The position numbers and the translations under genes were made by a program. This document shows positions 9,190-18,064 of a stretch of DNA of 33,102 nt, piece by piece. Source of the DNA: an uncultured Planctomycetia bacterium (GTDB lineage: Bacteria > Omnitrophota > Gorgyraeia > Gorgyraeales > Gorgyraeaceae); the NCBI GenBank assembly GCA_964445715.1, contig CAYULJ010000002.1:1-33102 (forward strand). The letters run 5' to 3'. Numbering within the stretch: the stretch's first letter is position 1; every line of letters begins with the position of its first letter. The notes under the pieces are model-generated. The model searched no databases. It saw nothing but the letters and a program-made list of their open reading frames with translations, and was not told where the DNA came from.

Positions 9190-9840
9190 TTATTGCTTGG
9201 CGGAGGATTTATTGGCGGAGGACTTGCCTTCCGAAGTATAAAAACCAGGGTAAAATTCCTTGTAAAGCAGCTTGCTAAATCTGGGCCTATCTTTATCACC
9301 GAGTTCAACTATTTTAATGCCGGCTTCTAAACCACTGTCTTCATCTCGTTTCTTGACCCAGCAGATGCGGCCAACCATTGTAATGGGGCTATAAGGTTCA
9401 TCAGGATCACTTATTGCAAACTCGAGCACCTCGCCTACTTTCCTGTATTCTTTTAACTCTATCCTGAACCCACCTTCGCATATATCTGATGCCGAACCTT
9501 CTTTGTACCTTTCATCTGACGATCCCTTGCGCCAAGAAAGCGTCACTTCTTTTTTAAATCTAGGATACATCCTCTGTTCTTTTTTTATTCTCAATTTCAC
9601 AAGTACCCTATTTTTTAACTCTTCAGCGTTGTATAGACCATCTCCCTTTATCTTTATCTCCTTCATTACGCTGATAAAGGCACAGATGATCTTATTGTTA
9701 GTCAGGCGTTTTCCTGTAGTGAATAAGGCATCCCTACCTATATTGTCTATGAATTCAAGCTCTTCGCGGGTGAGATTTACCACTACGCGGCCAGCCTTTA
9801 ATCCTCTATTAATATTATTGTTAATAGCCTTTTCTTCCAT
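9190..9840 (-). CDS. PilZ-domain protein with an N-terminal possible ribbon-helix-helix domain
   Basis: QRMYPRF (RxxxR) and DICEGGF (D-x-S/C-x-x-G) PilZ motifs; N-terminal domain call is inference. Confidence 0.8.
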   Translation of the reverse strand: MEEKAINNNINRGLKAGRVVVNLTREELEFIDNIGRDALFTTGKRLTNNKIICAFISVMKEIKIKGDGLYNAEELKNRVLVKLRIKKEQRMYPRFKKEVTLSWRKGSSDERYKEGSASDICEGGFRIELKEYRKVGEVLEFAISDPDEPYSPITMVGRICWVKKRDEDSGLEAGIKIVELGDKDRPRFSKLLYKEFYPGFYTSEGKSSANKSSAKQ

Positions 9841-9864
9841 GCCCTTTCACTTCCTTCGGCTCTC

Positions 9865-9919
9865 AAAAAAAATACCTTATTTTATCAGATTCCTGATCTG
9901 GAAAAATAAGGCATTTTTT
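9865..9919 (-). terminator. Terminator, expression platform of the upstream riboswitch
   Basis: Minus strand AAAAAATGCCTTATTTT...AAAATAAGGTATTTTTTT hairpin with U-tract, directly after the aptamer. Confidence 0.7.
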
Positions 9920-9920
9920 C

Positions 9921-10010
9921 TCTACGGTAGCTGGTCGGCCTTGCCCGCCTTTGGTGGATTTAGGCACCTAGCTTTGCGCCTCATCTTTTCAGATGATTTG
10001 CCCTTTTACG
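9921..10010 (-). ncRNA. c-di-GMP-I (GEMM) riboswitch
   Basis: GGGCAAATCATCT-GAAA-AGATGAGGCGCAAAGCT...CCTAA...CAGCTACCG matches the class-I consensus; lies upstream of the PilZ gene. Confidence 0.9.
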
Positions 10011-10039
10011 GAGCATTTATCAATTTGTCTTCTACTATA

Positions 10040-10067
10040 AGTGTACCATATTTTGCGAAATAGTCAA
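10040..10067 (-). promoter_or_regulatory. Sigma70-type promoter for the riboswitch-PilZ unit
   Basis: TTGACT-16-TACACT with TG extension. Confidence 0.5.
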
Positions 10068-10078
10068 ATTCTACAATT

Positions 10079-10978
10079 TCACATTTTCAGCAGTTCATAG
10101 CCTTTTACTATGCCTTCACATAGCATCTGGACTATATTATTGAAGTCGCCAAGGTCTCCTTTTGAAAGCGCCATGTAATACTGGTATCTGTCATCTATCC
10201 TTATGATAGCAGGAGCAAAACCCTGGCTCAAAAGCTGTGTAATCATGATCAGCCTGCCAACCCTGCCGTTTCCATCAAAGAACGGATGGATCGCCTCGAA
10301 TTCATAGTGGTCCCGGGCTATCTTCGTTATAGGGTCATGGCCGTAACTATTGATGTTTTTGGCAAATCTTCCCATCCTGAGCGGCACATCCTGGGCTGAA
10401 GGCAGGGCAATATCTGCGCTTGTCAGATTGACCGCGCCTGTCCTGTATTTGCCAGGCAATTTGTTATTGAAATTGTACATGACTATCTCGTGGAGCCTCA
10501 GTATATATTCAGCGTCTATCCTGAAACCAGCGCGGACTTTATCAAAAAGACACACAAGCGCATTCTTGTGGTTCACAGCCTCGAATATCTCGAAGAGTTC
10601 CTTGCCTTTGACCTTTTTCCCGGCAAAGGCCTTTTCTGTCTCCTTTATTGTCATGCGGCTCCCTTCTATGGCATTGGAATGATAGGTCATCTCAAGGATA
10701 AATCTCCCCCGGATTTCTTTGTTGTTATTCAATATTTTCAGCGGATCTTTGATCGTCTCTTTTAACTCCAGCACTGCATCTCTTAAGTCCACATATTCCT
10801 TGAAAAGCTGGTCAATATCTCGAATCTGAGCTGAGTGCGGCTCTATACCTCTATCAAGCCAGCGATACACAGTCTTATAGGTAACCTCCAGTCGTCTGGC
10901 AAGCTCGGAGCGCGAGATCCCTGTTGTCTGCAGTATTTTATTTATCTTCTCTTTTGCGCTTAACCTAAAACTAACCAT
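10079..10978 (-). CDS. Fic family protein with N-terminal HTH
   Basis: HPFFDGNGRVGR Fic motif, SNAIEG autoinhibitory motif, SRSELARRLEVTYKTVYRW HTH. Confidence 0.9.
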   Translation of the reverse strand: MVSFRLSAKEKINKILQTTGISRSELARRLEVTYKTVYRWLDRGIEPHSAQIRDIDQLFKEYVDLRDAVLELKETIKDPLKILNNNKEIRGRFILEMTYHSNAIEGSRMTIKETEKAFAGKKVKGKELFEIFEAVNHKNALVCLFDKVRAGFRIDAEYILRLHEIVMYNFNNKLPGKYRTGAVNLTSADIALPSAQDVPLRMGRFAKNINSYGHDPITKIARDHYEFEAIHPFFDGNGRVGRLIMITQLLSQGFAPAIIRIDDRYQYYMALSKGDLGDFNNIVQMLCEGIVKGYELLKM

Positions 10979-10990
10979 ATTTCACACTCC

Positions 10991-11058
10991 TATGTCTTAG
11001 GACATATGTCCTATCTTTATATACACTAAAAGTATACCATATGTCCTATATATGTCAA
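10991..11058 (-). promoter_or_regulatory. Fic promoter with operator-like repeats
   Basis: TTGACA-16-TATACT (11031..11058); perfect palindrome TAGGACATATGTCCTA 10998..11013; TATGTC at 10991, 11005, 11040 and 11051. Confidence 0.65.
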
Positions 11059-11069
11059 CAAAAACTCCC

Positions 11070-11110
11070 CTTAAGTTCACATTTTAACATTGTTGGATTG
11101 TAAACTTAAG
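11070..11110. repeat. 41-bp palindrome, copy 4 (internally degenerate)
   Basis: CTTAAGTTCACATTTTAACA-T-TGTTGGATTGTAAACTTAAG; symmetry extends through ACTCCC/GGGAGT to 11064..11116. Confidence 0.9.
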
Positions 11111-11246
11111 GGGAGTGGCTATTTCTTGGCCTTGCTGATTTTCTCCTGCAAAAACCCTGGGAATAATCCTGTTGCGGCGGACTCTTGATAATACAATGTC
11201 TAAAGCGGGAGAAACCACATCATTATTAACTGAGATCTCTTATGTT

Positions 11247-11924
11247 TCATCTTAAGATCCTCAAAATATTTGTTGCCTCTTGAGGCATACTGCCTTTACC
11301 TCGAATTAAAATCTCATCTGCTGACAAGGCCTGGCCATAAAGAGTTGCGTTGCCGTCCTTATGCTCCTTAACAACAGCTCCTTCTAATTTGACTCCGGCA
11401 AACAAGCCCCTGCTCCTAGAGTAAGAGAGAATCCCACCTTTTAACTGTGCATCTGTTGATGCCTCAGCATTCCTGCCAACAGGACCTGCTGACACGCTAG
11501 CATCTGCACCAAACTTGAATTTGCCCTGCAAAATCCCGTCTACGCTACGCCTGTTCATTATAAGGAGGACTATGTCTATTGCCTGGCCGCCTATCTGCCA
11601 ACCAAAACTCCCGCCTGCCAGAGTGAAGATAGCTGGGCTTGACCAACCAGCTCCACTTTTATTGCGCACCATGATTATACCCTGGCCGTATTTACCGCCA
11701 ATGCCCAAGCCAACGGATACTGTGTTTGGAAAAATAGCAATAGCCTCGCATTTACGGATAAGATCTTCCGGGATATTTTGGTCAGGCATTTCCTGTATAT
11801 CACCAAGCACCTTGTCGCATTCCTCTACTAGATCGACCCATTTATTATCGCCAGCCATCACATGACCACTAAGCGCGAAACTCATTATAAATATCCCAAA
11901 AATCAAAACCTTGCAAATCTTCAT
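11247..11924 (-). CDS. Lipid-binding SYLF (Ysc84-like) domain protein
   Basis: GGSFGWQIGGQ, ASVSAGPVGR and YSRSRGLFAGV motifs; signal peptide. Confidence 0.9.
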   Translation of the reverse strand: MKICKVLIFGIFIMSFALSGHVMAGDNKWVDLVEECDKVLGDIQEMPDQNIPEDLIRKCEAIAIFPNTVSVGLGIGGKYGQGIIMVRNKSGAGWSSPAIFTLAGGSFGWQIGGQAIDIVLLIMNRRSVDGILQGKFKFGADASVSAGPVGRNAEASTDAQLKGGILSYSRSRGLFAGVKLEGAVVKEHKDGNATLYGQALSADEILIRGKGSMPQEATNILRILR

Positions 11925-11938
11925 ACCTGCTTGCCTCC

Positions 11939-12703
11939 TTATCTTTTAACTGCTGTCACAAGCATCCTAGATGTCAAAAAACCATAATCTCTCTTCTGCT
12001 TATGCAAAGACACCCCTTTTTTTACAGAAACTGTGTCAAAGCCGGCTCTTTTCAAAAGACGCGTGATCTCATCTTTGCCGTATATCCTTTCACAATAAAA
12101 ACCATCTCTTAAAAGACCCTTCTTTTTTGATAGGACTATTTCCCTTGCCTTTACGATATCGCCTTCGAGCTGTCTCTGTCTGCACACTAGCACGTCACCA
12201 TCTGCTTCGTGCCAGGAAATTGGCTTAAGATTGCTTCTTACATGATTTGAATCGACCATGTCCAACAACAATCTGCCTCCCTTTTTCAATAATCTATAAG
12301 TCTCTTTCAATATGCGCCTGTTTTCTTTTTCATCTGGAAAATAACCGAATGAATTCGCCATTATGAATATCGCAGAGTAGTCGCCCGCTCTTAACCCACT
12401 GAAACGCGCATCACGACGCACGAATCTCACCTTGCAACGCGCCTCTTTTGCCAATCTCCTGCCGAGTTTAATAAGATAATCTGAAAAATCCAATACCGTG
12501 AGGTCATGATAACCTCGCTTCGCCAATTCCAAAGAATGTCTTCCGTGACCACCGCAAAGGTCAAGGATCCTATCTTTCTTATGCAACTTCAGGATCTTTT
12601 CCAATAATTCTGTCTCTCTGCGCGTCAAATCATCATCGCAGACACTCCTGGAATCCGTGATCAGATATATCTCATTAAAGAACTTCTTCCACCAATCCCT
12701 CAT
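11939..12703 (-). CDS. Class I SAM-dependent methyltransferase
   Basis: ILDLCGGHGRHS, NSFGYF and LKKGGRLLLD motifs. Confidence 0.85.
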   Translation of the reverse strand: MRDWWKKFFNEIYLITDSRSVCDDDLTRRETELLEKILKLHKKDRILDLCGGHGRHSLELAKRGYHDLTVLDFSDYLIKLGRRLAKEARCKVRFVRRDARFSGLRAGDYSAIFIMANSFGYFPDEKENRRILKETYRLLKKGGRLLLDMVDSNHVRSNLKPISWHEADGDVLVCRQRQLEGDIVKAREIVLSKKKGLLRDGFYCERIYGKDEITRLLKRAGFDTVSVKKGVSLHKQKRDYGFLTSRMLVTAVKR

Positions 12704-12710
12704 ACCTCTC

Positions 12711-12751
12711 CTTAAGTTTACATTTCAACAATGTTAAAGTGTAAACTTAGG
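12711..12751. repeat. 41-bp palindrome, copy 5 (supplies the stop codon of 12747..14123)
   Basis: CTTAAGTTTACATTTCAACA-A-TGTTAAAGTGTAAACTTAGG. Confidence 0.93.
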
Positions 12752-14123
12752 CAAAGCCGAACAAGCCGTCAGAGGCTATTAGCGCAGGTCGACCCTTCCA
12801 CGAGGCTAACTTTGCAATATCTTCTTCTTCTTTGCTGATCTGGACATACTTACCAAGCTGGCCTTGTAGCCATAATTCCTCTAAAACCAATGCGTCTTTC
12901 CATAAGTTTTGAGCGTATTGTTTCAATTGCTCGACATGTACCTCAGTGATAATGCGCGGCCTTAGCGTGTTCATCAAAGGCCCTAGCAGGTACACATTAC
13001 CAATCTCTATGGATCTCTTGTCCATCTCCTGTTGTATTTTTAAGACAAAGTCAAAGCCTAAGCTTAAAATAGCGTCATTGACCCTCTTGACCGCCTCTTT
13101 TATAGGCATGTTCGAACGCAGTATTGCGCTACTCTGGACACCTCCACCAGAACCGACATTAGTAGGAATGCCGCCGAATCTCGTCACAAAGCCGATAAGC
13201 CCGACATCTGTCACAAAACAACGAAAATCAGTCTGCCAGCGCTTTATAAAAAGTCTTTTCTTATCTTTGCCTATCCACGGAAATTCCTCTGCCCATAAAT
13301 CCATAGGCACAAGCGGCTGCACAATATAATCTCCGGCCTTCAATGCGCGCTCAATACCTGCATCCCTATCAGGCTCTTTGTGTCCTATGATAATACCTTT
13401 TCCAGAATAGCCATGAACTGGTTTCAATATAATACCAGCCCAGTTATCCTTGGCCCATTTCACCAGGTCTGGAATATTTTCACCATCAGGCCCGATTGTA
13501 GCGCGCTTATAAAACTGCCTTGTCCATGGCGTCCTCTTGATAGTCGTATCTGACAATCTGTTTTTATACTCTGAAGTCACTATTTCAAAAATGCCTTTTG
13601 CACCAACAGGCTCCATGCCTCTTGGATTCGTAACCAGACCCTGCTTTATAGCCGCCAAGAGCCCATCAAGATTATGCGATTTTTTTAGTCTCACAATGAC
13701 ATTGTTGTTAAAATCCAAGAAAACAGCTGTTAACCTGTCCCCTCCAACGCAGACCTTATCGTCTTTCAGTTCTAGGCCAGTTGGATCAACTAAAACCGCC
13801 TTGACACCTGGAAGGCTATTGAGGTATTTGGTAAATCTTATATTCTCGCCTACTTTATCTAATGTTTCTTTTTCCGCTACAATAGCTATAAAAGGAGCTT
13901 TTTTGGGAAAATTCTTTCGATGCGCTCTAAGAAGAAGTTCTGCAAAATTCGGCACAGGGTTCAATATGGGATCATCGAAATCCAACTCAATATCTAATCC
14001 ACTCTTCTTCTTTATCTTTTCCCAAGCAACCCTGCCTATTTCCTGAGCCATCTTCTGGTAATCCCATCCTCCAGGACTACCCAAATTCCACTCAGAATGA
14101 TATCCTAAAAACTCTTTTGTCAT
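12747..14123 (-). CDS. Glutathionylspermidine-synthase/circularly permuted ATP-grasp-like ligase
   Basis: EWNLGSPGG, ILKPVHGYSGKGIIIG, YIVQ, TDFR and PTNVGSGGG motifs. Confidence 0.65.
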   Translation of the reverse strand: MTKEFLGYHSEWNLGSPGGWDYQKMAQEIGRVAWEKIKKKSGLDIELDFDDPILNPVPNFAELLLRAHRKNFPKKAPFIAIVAEKETLDKVGENIRFTKYLNSLPGVKAVLVDPTGLELKDDKVCVGGDRLTAVFLDFNNNVIVRLKKSHNLDGLLAAIKQGLVTNPRGMEPVGAKGIFEIVTSEYKNRLSDTTIKRTPWTRQFYKRATIGPDGENIPDLVKWAKDNWAGIILKPVHGYSGKGIIIGHKEPDRDAGIERALKAGDYIVQPLVPMDLWAEEFPWIGKDKKRLFIKRWQTDFRCFVTDVGLIGFVTRFGGIPTNVGSGGGVQSSAILRSNMPIKEAVKRVNDAILSLGFDFVLKIQQEMDKRSIEIGNVYLLGPLMNTLRPRIITEVHVEQLKQYAQNLWKDALVLEELWLQGQLGKYVQISKEEEDIAKLASWKGRPALIASDGLFGFA

Positions 14124-14133
14124 ATTTGCAAAC

Positions 14134-14174
14134 CCTAACTTTACATTTCAACAACGTTAAAGTGTAAAGTTAGG
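14134..14174. repeat. 41-bp palindrome, copy 6
   Basis: CCTAACTTTACATTTCAACA-A-CGTTAAAGTGTAAAGTTAGG; compensatory changes at pairs 2/40 and 6/36; abuts the stop at 14175. Confidence 0.92.
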
Positions 14175-15710
14175 CTAGTCTTGATTCTCTAATCTCTTTT
14201 TAATCAATCCAAACGGTGCTTCGCCGCCCTGCAAAAGCAAATCATGAAACCTCTTTAATCCCAATTTAGAAGAAAATTTCTGCCTTAATCTATCGATCTC
14301 GAATTTACCAATAGTATAACACAACTGATATCCTGGCGAAAGCGCGTAATGCCTAAACATAAACTTGGCTATCTTTGGCTCATAGCCTAGATCCATAAGA
14401 AGGCCCTCGGCCTCTTTAAACTTTAATCTATTGATCCTTATACCGACATCCAACATTGCCCGAACCGCCCTCCAGGCCTGACGTTTTAATCCTAATAACT
14501 TATGTACCGGGTCTTTTACATATCCTAATCTATCAATAAGCCTTTCGCTATAAGAGGCCCAGCCCTCGTAAAATAAAGGGGATTCTATCTGCTGCCTTAT
14601 GGGATTTTTCATGCTCCGCCTTATCGAATCCAATAAGTGATGGCCTGGATATGTCTCGTGCGCGCTTACAAATAAATATTCGTTGTGCACATTGCTAAAA
14701 TCAGCTGTTATGTAAAAATAAGCTGGTTCGCGCCTGTCCTCTGTAGCAGGAGAGCTATAAGACGCTGAAGCCCTTATAGGCCTCAGAAACTGTGGAGTAA
14801 ATTTCACGGCTATCTCCTGTGTACCAGGAATCGTAATGACGTCTTTTTCTTTGATAAATTCCTTTAATTTTTTTATCTCATCAGTATAAACAGCCAATAG
14901 CGCCTCAGGTGTCTTAGCAGTTATGCTGTATTTGGAAAGCACGGCTTTCCATCCCGCTCCGGTTCTTACTCCGCTGGCAACGTCTTTTAATTCTTCGAGT
15001 GTCTTACGATATTCTTCGTATGCTATTTCAAAGATCTCTTTGAGGCTCTTATCACAAGAAAAAGAATCTCTTAATATATCCTCTATAAGAACCCTGTCCT
15101 TAATTATGACTTCTTTTGAAGGCATTTTTATCAAAAATCTTCTAAACTCCTCCAATGCATCAATTGCTTTTTTGATCGACCTGGTCTCTGCGCTGGGAAA
15201 ACTAGCAGAAGCGAGGTATACTATTGAAGCGTCTGCCATCTCTCTGGCAACTTCAAGGTAAGCCGAAGGCACATTTTTTAAATTCCTCCTGCCCTCTTCC
15301 AGCAAGCGCGGTATTTGAGAAATCTTTTCATGGAACACATTGCCTGGTCGACAACTGCCCAAAAGAGAGGCCTTCAGGTAAATGCCAGGGTCTATCTGCC
15401 ATATCTTGACTTGATCGAACTCTCTTAAAAATGTCGATAAACTCTGCCTAAGGAGGGTAAAATCGATTTGCGCTTCGATATCTAAATCAGGAAGGTTTAT
15501 TTTCTCCAGAGCACTTCTAAGACTTTTAACGCGCGAAACATCATGTTTTATTTTATCTTCATCAAAACCGTCCAGGATATCTAGATATTCAATGGCCTTC
15601 TTTGCCCTAGGGAAAAAATAAAATTCGTCGCTCAAGCACATCACAGGATAACTCTTTGCCATATAATCAAAATAATCCTGCGCTATCTCTGCAACCCCGG
15701 ACTTCCCCAT
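14175..15710 (-). CDS. DUF885 family putative metallopeptidase
   Basis: HETYPGHH, YEGWASYSE, PGYQLCYTIG and LKRFHDLLL motifs. Confidence 0.88.
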   Translation of the reverse strand: MGKSGVAEIAQDYFDYMAKSYPVMCLSDEFYFFPRAKKAIEYLDILDGFDEDKIKHDVSRVKSLRSALEKINLPDLDIEAQIDFTLLRQSLSTFLREFDQVKIWQIDPGIYLKASLLGSCRPGNVFHEKISQIPRLLEEGRRNLKNVPSAYLEVAREMADASIVYLASASFPSAETRSIKKAIDALEEFRRFLIKMPSKEVIIKDRVLIEDILRDSFSCDKSLKEIFEIAYEEYRKTLEELKDVASGVRTGAGWKAVLSKYSITAKTPEALLAVYTDEIKKLKEFIKEKDVITIPGTQEIAVKFTPQFLRPIRASASYSSPATEDRREPAYFYITADFSNVHNEYLFVSAHETYPGHHLLDSIRRSMKNPIRQQIESPLFYEGWASYSERLIDRLGYVKDPVHKLLGLKRQAWRAVRAMLDVGIRINRLKFKEAEGLLMDLGYEPKIAKFMFRHYALSPGYQLCYTIGKFEIDRLRQKFSSKLGLKRFHDLLLQGGEAPFGLIKKRLENQD

Positions 15711-15721
15711 AACCCCTCATC

Positions 15722-15762
15722 TTTAAGTTTACACTTTAACATTGTTAAAGTGTAAACTTAAG
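15722..15762. repeat. 41-bp palindrome, copy 7
   Basis: TTTAAGTTTACACTTTAACA-T-TGTTAAAGTGTAAACTTAAG; ends just before the SD of the DUF885 gene. Confidence 0.95.
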
Positions 15763-15871
15763 CGCCTACGTTATACGGTTATATCGTCCAATGGATTTTA
15801 AAACTTGTGAGGTGATGATATTAAAAGGTAAGTACGTTCTCAATTTGCGTCTTTACTGCTTTTTTGCTCTC

Positions 15872-16393
15872 TTATTCCTGTTCTCTCTTATCGCTTGCTT
15901 TCTTCTTAACTGAGATCTTTCCAAGGTCTACGCCTTCAATGCCTTCCCTATATGTCAATGCCCTATTGTCATCGTATATCTTCAAGTCCCAATCCTGCAT
16001 TGCCATCTTGAATTCGTCTATCTCATCCTGCAGCTTTTCCATTCTCCTCCTAAGCCTGCTGACTTTTAAATCACTGATCTCGCCTTTAAGATCCGAAACT
16101 GCCCTATTGTATCCTGCTTTCCAATCCTTCAGGATCTCCTGCATTGACTCCAGCTGCGACAAGACCTTCCTCATCTCTATCTTGTTCTCATCTGTCGCGC
16201 TCGACAAGGCAATATCAATGTCCTTCACGCCTTCTTCCAGTTTCTTGAATTTATCCATGGCAAGCTGTGCTTGGCTATCTAAATATAGTGTCTTTTCCTT
16301 GTAATCATTGTATATAAAATACCCCATAACATATGTAGCGATCAACAAAGCAAACAAAACTACTATTGAAATTTTCAACATACCTTTTCCCAT
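15872..16393 (-). CDS. Membrane-anchored coiled-coil hypothetical protein
   Basis: N-terminal TM helix, heptad-rich body; promoter TTGACT-17-TAAAAT at 16429..16457. Confidence 0.7.
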   Translation of the reverse strand: MGKGMLKISIVVLFALLIATYVMGYFIYNDYKEKTLYLDSQAQLAMDKFKKLEEGVKDIDIALSSATDENKIEMRKVLSQLESMQEILKDWKAGYNRAVSDLKGEISDLKVSRLRRRMEKLQDEIDEFKMAMQDWDLKIYDDNRALTYREGIEGVDLGKISVKKKASDKREQE

Positions 16394-16465
16394 TATCCTT
16401 AACCTCTCATAACCAGTTATTAGTATTTATTTTACACCTTATTGTCTAAATAGTCAATAAAAGAG

Positions 16466-16525
16466 CTTAGGTTCGCATACCACTTCGTGGCACAGGCTTC
16501 CCCAATGTTAAAGTGTGAACTTAAG
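16466..16525. repeat. Palindrome copy 8, left arm interrupted by a 19-nt insert
   Basis: CTTAGGTTCGCA-[TACCACTTCGTGGCACAGG]-CTTCCCCA-A-TGTTAAAGTGTGAACTTAAG; the right arm is intact and coding. Confidence 0.8.
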
Positions 16526-17470
16526 ACGGAATATCAATAGCCATGCAGGGATGGTTATTATGGCGAGTAAATGCGAATAGACTATCATGCCGCTCAAAAA
16601 TCTATTGTCAGCATTCACGTATTGTCCTATCACGACAAGGCTTACAGCAGCAGGCATTGTCGCCTCTAAAAAAATAAAAAACTTCAAAGCGTACGGCAGC
16701 GGCAGACACCTAATTAAACCAAGCGCTATAATAGGCAAGATTATCAGCTTAGCGAACATGCAAGTCGCCAATGCGCCCCAGTTTTCGGATTTAAATCCGC
16801 GATATGCCGCAAGTTGCGCGCCAAGCACTATCAATGCTAAAGGAAAACTCGAATCGCCCAGCATGGCCAATGGGTCAAATACCAGATTATGGACACTGCC
16901 TTTGCCCATTAAAAAAACCCATACGATTGATAATATCGTAACTGTGACAGGCGGATTTAAAACAGCACTGAGCTTGAAATTTCCCTTGAGATTTCCTGAG
17001 AGAAACGCAGGGCCAAATGACCATATGAGTACATTAAAACCCATAAGAAAGAGAAATATGTAGACAAGGACCTTGTCGCAAAACGCCCCCGTGCAAACAA
17101 AAGCCACTAAAGTCATGGGCAAGTACCCTGAGTTCTGAAATGCGCAAGACATCATAAATTCCCGGCCTGACTTAAAACCCTTCAAAGGCCTTTGGAATAA
17201 ATATCCTACGCCCAGGCCTATAAAAGCCATGATCATTGAGCTAATAGGCAATATCCACCATTTCGGGAACACAAAAGGATCGAATGTAGATGTTATTTTG
17301 GTAAAGATCAAGGCAGGGAAGCACGCCCAGATCAATATGCTGCTAAGATCTCCTATAGAGTCTCTTTTTATAATCTTCTTCGCATAAAGCGCATAGCCTA
17401 TGGCGAGCAAAAAGAATATCTTCAATATGCCATATGCTATGGAATGAAAATTATAAAACCCTTCTGTCAC
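16508..17470 (-). CDS. AEC (auxin efflux carrier) family transporter
   Basis: FPALIF, FQNSGYLP, LNPP and EATMPAA motifs; about 10 TM helices. Confidence 0.88.
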   Translation of the reverse strand: MTEGFYNFHSIAYGILKIFFLLAIGYALYAKKIIKRDSIGDLSSILIWACFPALIFTKITSTFDPFVFPKWWILPISSMIMAFIGLGVGYLFQRPLKGFKSGREFMMSCAFQNSGYLPMTLVAFVCTGAFCDKVLVYIFLFLMGFNVLIWSFGPAFLSGNLKGNFKLSAVLNPPVTVTILSIVWVFLMGKGSVHNLVFDPLAMLGDSSFPLALIVLGAQLAAYRGFKSENWGALATCMFAKLIILPIIALGLIRCLPLPYALKFFIFLEATMPAAVSLVVIGQYVNADNRFLSGMIVYSHLLAIITIPAWLLIFRLKFTL

Positions 17471-17484
17471 TATGCACCTTACTT

Positions 17485-17525
17485 CTTAAGTTTACACTTT
17501 AACAATGTTGAAGTGTAAACTTAAA
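17485..17525. repeat. 41-bp palindrome, copy 9
   Basis: CTTAAGTTTACACTTTAACA-A-TGTTGAAGTGTAAACTTAAA. Confidence 0.95.
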
Positions 17526-17539
17526 CGAGAAGTTCTCTA

Positions 17540-18058
17540 TTATTGCTTCTTATAAAGGCCTATTAACTCGGCCCTGTCCAATATATGGCCTTCCATGGCC
17601 TTTTCCAGGTCCTTTTTTCTAGAATTTTCTTTCAGGTTAAGCTTTGTATCTAATGCATATATCTTAAAGAAATAACGATGCGTACCAGACGGTGGACAAG
17701 GACCTCCGTATTCAATCCTGCCAAAATTATTCATAACCTGTATTCCGGGAATACTATCTTCTTTGATCTCAGATACAACAGAAATGTTATACAAGACCCA
17801 ATGTACCCATGTTCCCATTGGCGCGTCTGGATCATCTACTATTAAAGCAAGCGCCTTTGCGCCTTCAGGAATACCTTCTATGATTAGCATCGGGTTCACA
17901 TCATCTCCTTGACATGTAAATTTTTTCGGAATATACCCATTATGCTCGAACTCGGGACTTGAAAGCTTCATAGCTGCGCCTCCTTTTTCTTCGCTTGCAA
18001 CAGATGAAACTGTAGTCATAAAAACAAACATCGATAATATAAAAATAACCTTCTTCAT
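17540..18058 (-). CDS. YbhB/YbcL (PEBP/RKIP) family protein
   Basis: DDPDAPMGTWVHW and YGGPCPPSGTHRYFF motifs; signal peptide. Confidence 0.92.
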   Translation of the reverse strand: MKKVIFILSMFVFMTTVSSVASEEKGGAAMKLSSPEFEHNGYIPKKFTCQGDDVNPMLIIEGIPEGAKALALIVDDPDAPMGTWVHWVLYNISVVSEIKEDSIPGIQVMNNFGRIEYGGPCPPSGTHRYFFKIYALDTKLNLKENSRKKDLEKAMEGHILDRAELIGLYKKQ

Positions 18059-18064
18059 AAGAAT

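Noticed and set aside
11119-11245. Possible small ORF or gene remnant ending FLQEKISKAKK*
   Set aside because: No convincing start or SD and no recognisable family.
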